A DNA stretch of 39,414 nucleotides from Basidiobolus ranarum (lineage: Eukaryota), in assembly GCA_040143965.1 (NCBI GenBank), contig JASJQH010000042.1, positions 1-39,414 of the forward strand, given 5' to 3'. Position numbers and translations under genes: made by a program. Under the pieces are notes generated by a model. That model did no database searches. It was not told the origin of the DNA and worked only from the letters and a program-made list of their open reading frames with translations. Positions 38,021-39,414 of the stretch are shown one piece after another. Numbering within the stretch: the stretch's first letter is position 1; every line of letters begins with the position of its first letter.

Positions 38021-38060
38021 GGTGACAAAAAGAAGGGTAACAAAAAGAAGGGTGACAAAA
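38021..38060. repeat. 15-bp minisatellite (GGTRACAAAAAGAAG) x2.7
   Basis: Read directly from the sequence. Confidence 0.85.
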
Positions 38061-38563
38061 CCTTAATAACTGTATTGCATCGCACTACCAAAATAGAATG
38101 TTTAGCCAAGACCGTATATTAAAGCGTCTCACACACCCTAACCCTAACTTGATCTATGCTGCTTTTGAATAGATGAGTTTGATCAACGCATGAGCTGGAG
38201 CTGGACATGAGTCATTTCAAATCGATATGTGCAAGAGCATATATCAAGCATACATCGAGCGTACGTCAACATGGTTTATGCATCGGTATTGCTGGCCATT
38301 TCACCTTGATTTAGCTGAGCTAGGGTCAAGTGACAATCGCCTTCAGCTTTAGTGCTTGTAGGATCCTTCCTAACTAGGGAATGTTGAGTAAATACATGGA
38401 GTAGCAAAAAACGTTCACTCAGTGTATTGGATATGTTAGCACAAATCCCCCCTCCACAATAGACCAAATATAGTGATGGCTATTCAAGTAGCATGGCGAG
38501 TGAATATAAGATTGGAGACTCAATATATATTTCATCGACTTTCCCTGCATGACAAGAAGGATG

Positions 38564-38760
38564 TGGGCGCGGGTGCGAGTGCGAGTGAGGGTGGTTCAAC
38601 AATACGGTATCAGTTGCAATATGTTGCACCTGGATTATGGAGGCCCATAGTAGTTCCAGTTAAAGGCTATCGGTATCTCGGGCTTTGCATGCTCAATGTG
38701 CTAGCAAGCGTCGAACATTATGAATGCGTAGTACCGCACCCACACATGCACCCGCGCCCA
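38564..38760. repeat. GC-rich inverted repeat pair enclosing ~170 bp
   Basis: TGGGCGCGGGTGC (38564-38576) is the exact reverse complement of GCACCCGCGCCCA (38748-38760), with imperfect inward extension. Confidence 0.7.
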
Positions 38761-39414
38761 AACTTGTGCGCACATTCGCCACATAATCTTTTTAGTAAAT
38801 TGTTTCTTTGTTACGAATCGGGCAACTGCTCTGAGCTGGCAAATTCTTGGAATCTCATTTGTATGGTTTATCCCACCAAACTTGGTTTGAGCTCGTATTA
38901 GATGACACATTAATTGGCTCCGTGGCTCCGTGGACACATTGATCTTTAAATTTAAACCATCTTAAATCGATTTCCTTTTTGTGTGGCATTGCCGCAATGC
39001 CTCAGGGGGGAGAGACCTATTTGAATGTAAGACCTCCTATTCATTACTTGGCTTAATGCGTTGTCTTGAGTAGTTAGGAGATGATCTTAGCAACAAAACA
39101 ACTGACAGCGAGACCCATCTGCGAATCAGCATTGGCTGTAGATAATTAGCCTAATCTCCTCCAGTTCCGATAATTCACTCGATCCCAACGCTGCTAACTC
39201 CGCAAGTGGGCTGCTCGAAAATTATAGAGTTTTATCGATGGTAGCCTGAAAATCACTGGATTTGCTGAGTGAGCGATCACACTTGTTGTCATCCACGCAC
39301 ACACCTATTCATCACGATGAACCTCAGCATCCAATGATTCTGTTGACAATCTCCCGTCACGATTCATAGTTGAGATTCTATGGTTCAGATGGACCAGTTA
39401 TAATCAAGTCAAGG

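Noticed and set aside
38473-38937. 142-aa (+) and 78-aa (-) ORFs
   Set aside because: No recognisable domain. The low-complexity GAGASASE and PHPHMHPRP segments derive from the GC-rich inverted repeats.

Overview
AT-rich, intron-rich eukaryotic DNA (short GT-AG introns, mostly ~50-90 nt), most likely from an early-diverging fungus; the taxon is inferred, not determined. I spliced exons by hand and recovered 17 protein-coding genes. Housekeeping genes: APE1/ExoIII AP endonuclease, Nem1 phosphatase, Pep12/Vam3-type syntaxin, Cuz1/ZFAND1, galactokinase, Aurora kinase, Sly1, UreD, a Rab7 paralogue, a ubiquitin-AN1 fusion and Ypk1/Gad8. The most notable items are not evident from the ORF track. 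(1) A CRISPR-looking triple repeat at 21.6-22.1 kb is a non-coding host gene whose three ~164-nt introns each carry a box C/D snoRNA (snR40-like, apparently also guiding the snR72 site). (2) A secreted orphan protein at 18.1-19.3 kb is built from a run of symmetric phase-1 short exons. (3) An SMI1/KNR4 (SUKH) gene with an intronless CDS looks bacterial. (4) A convergent pair of paralogous ~85-aa microproteins has Cys-rich N-termini. (5) An intronless membrane-anchored protein has a CBM2-like domain. No database searches were run; family calls and rRNA numbering come from motif recall.
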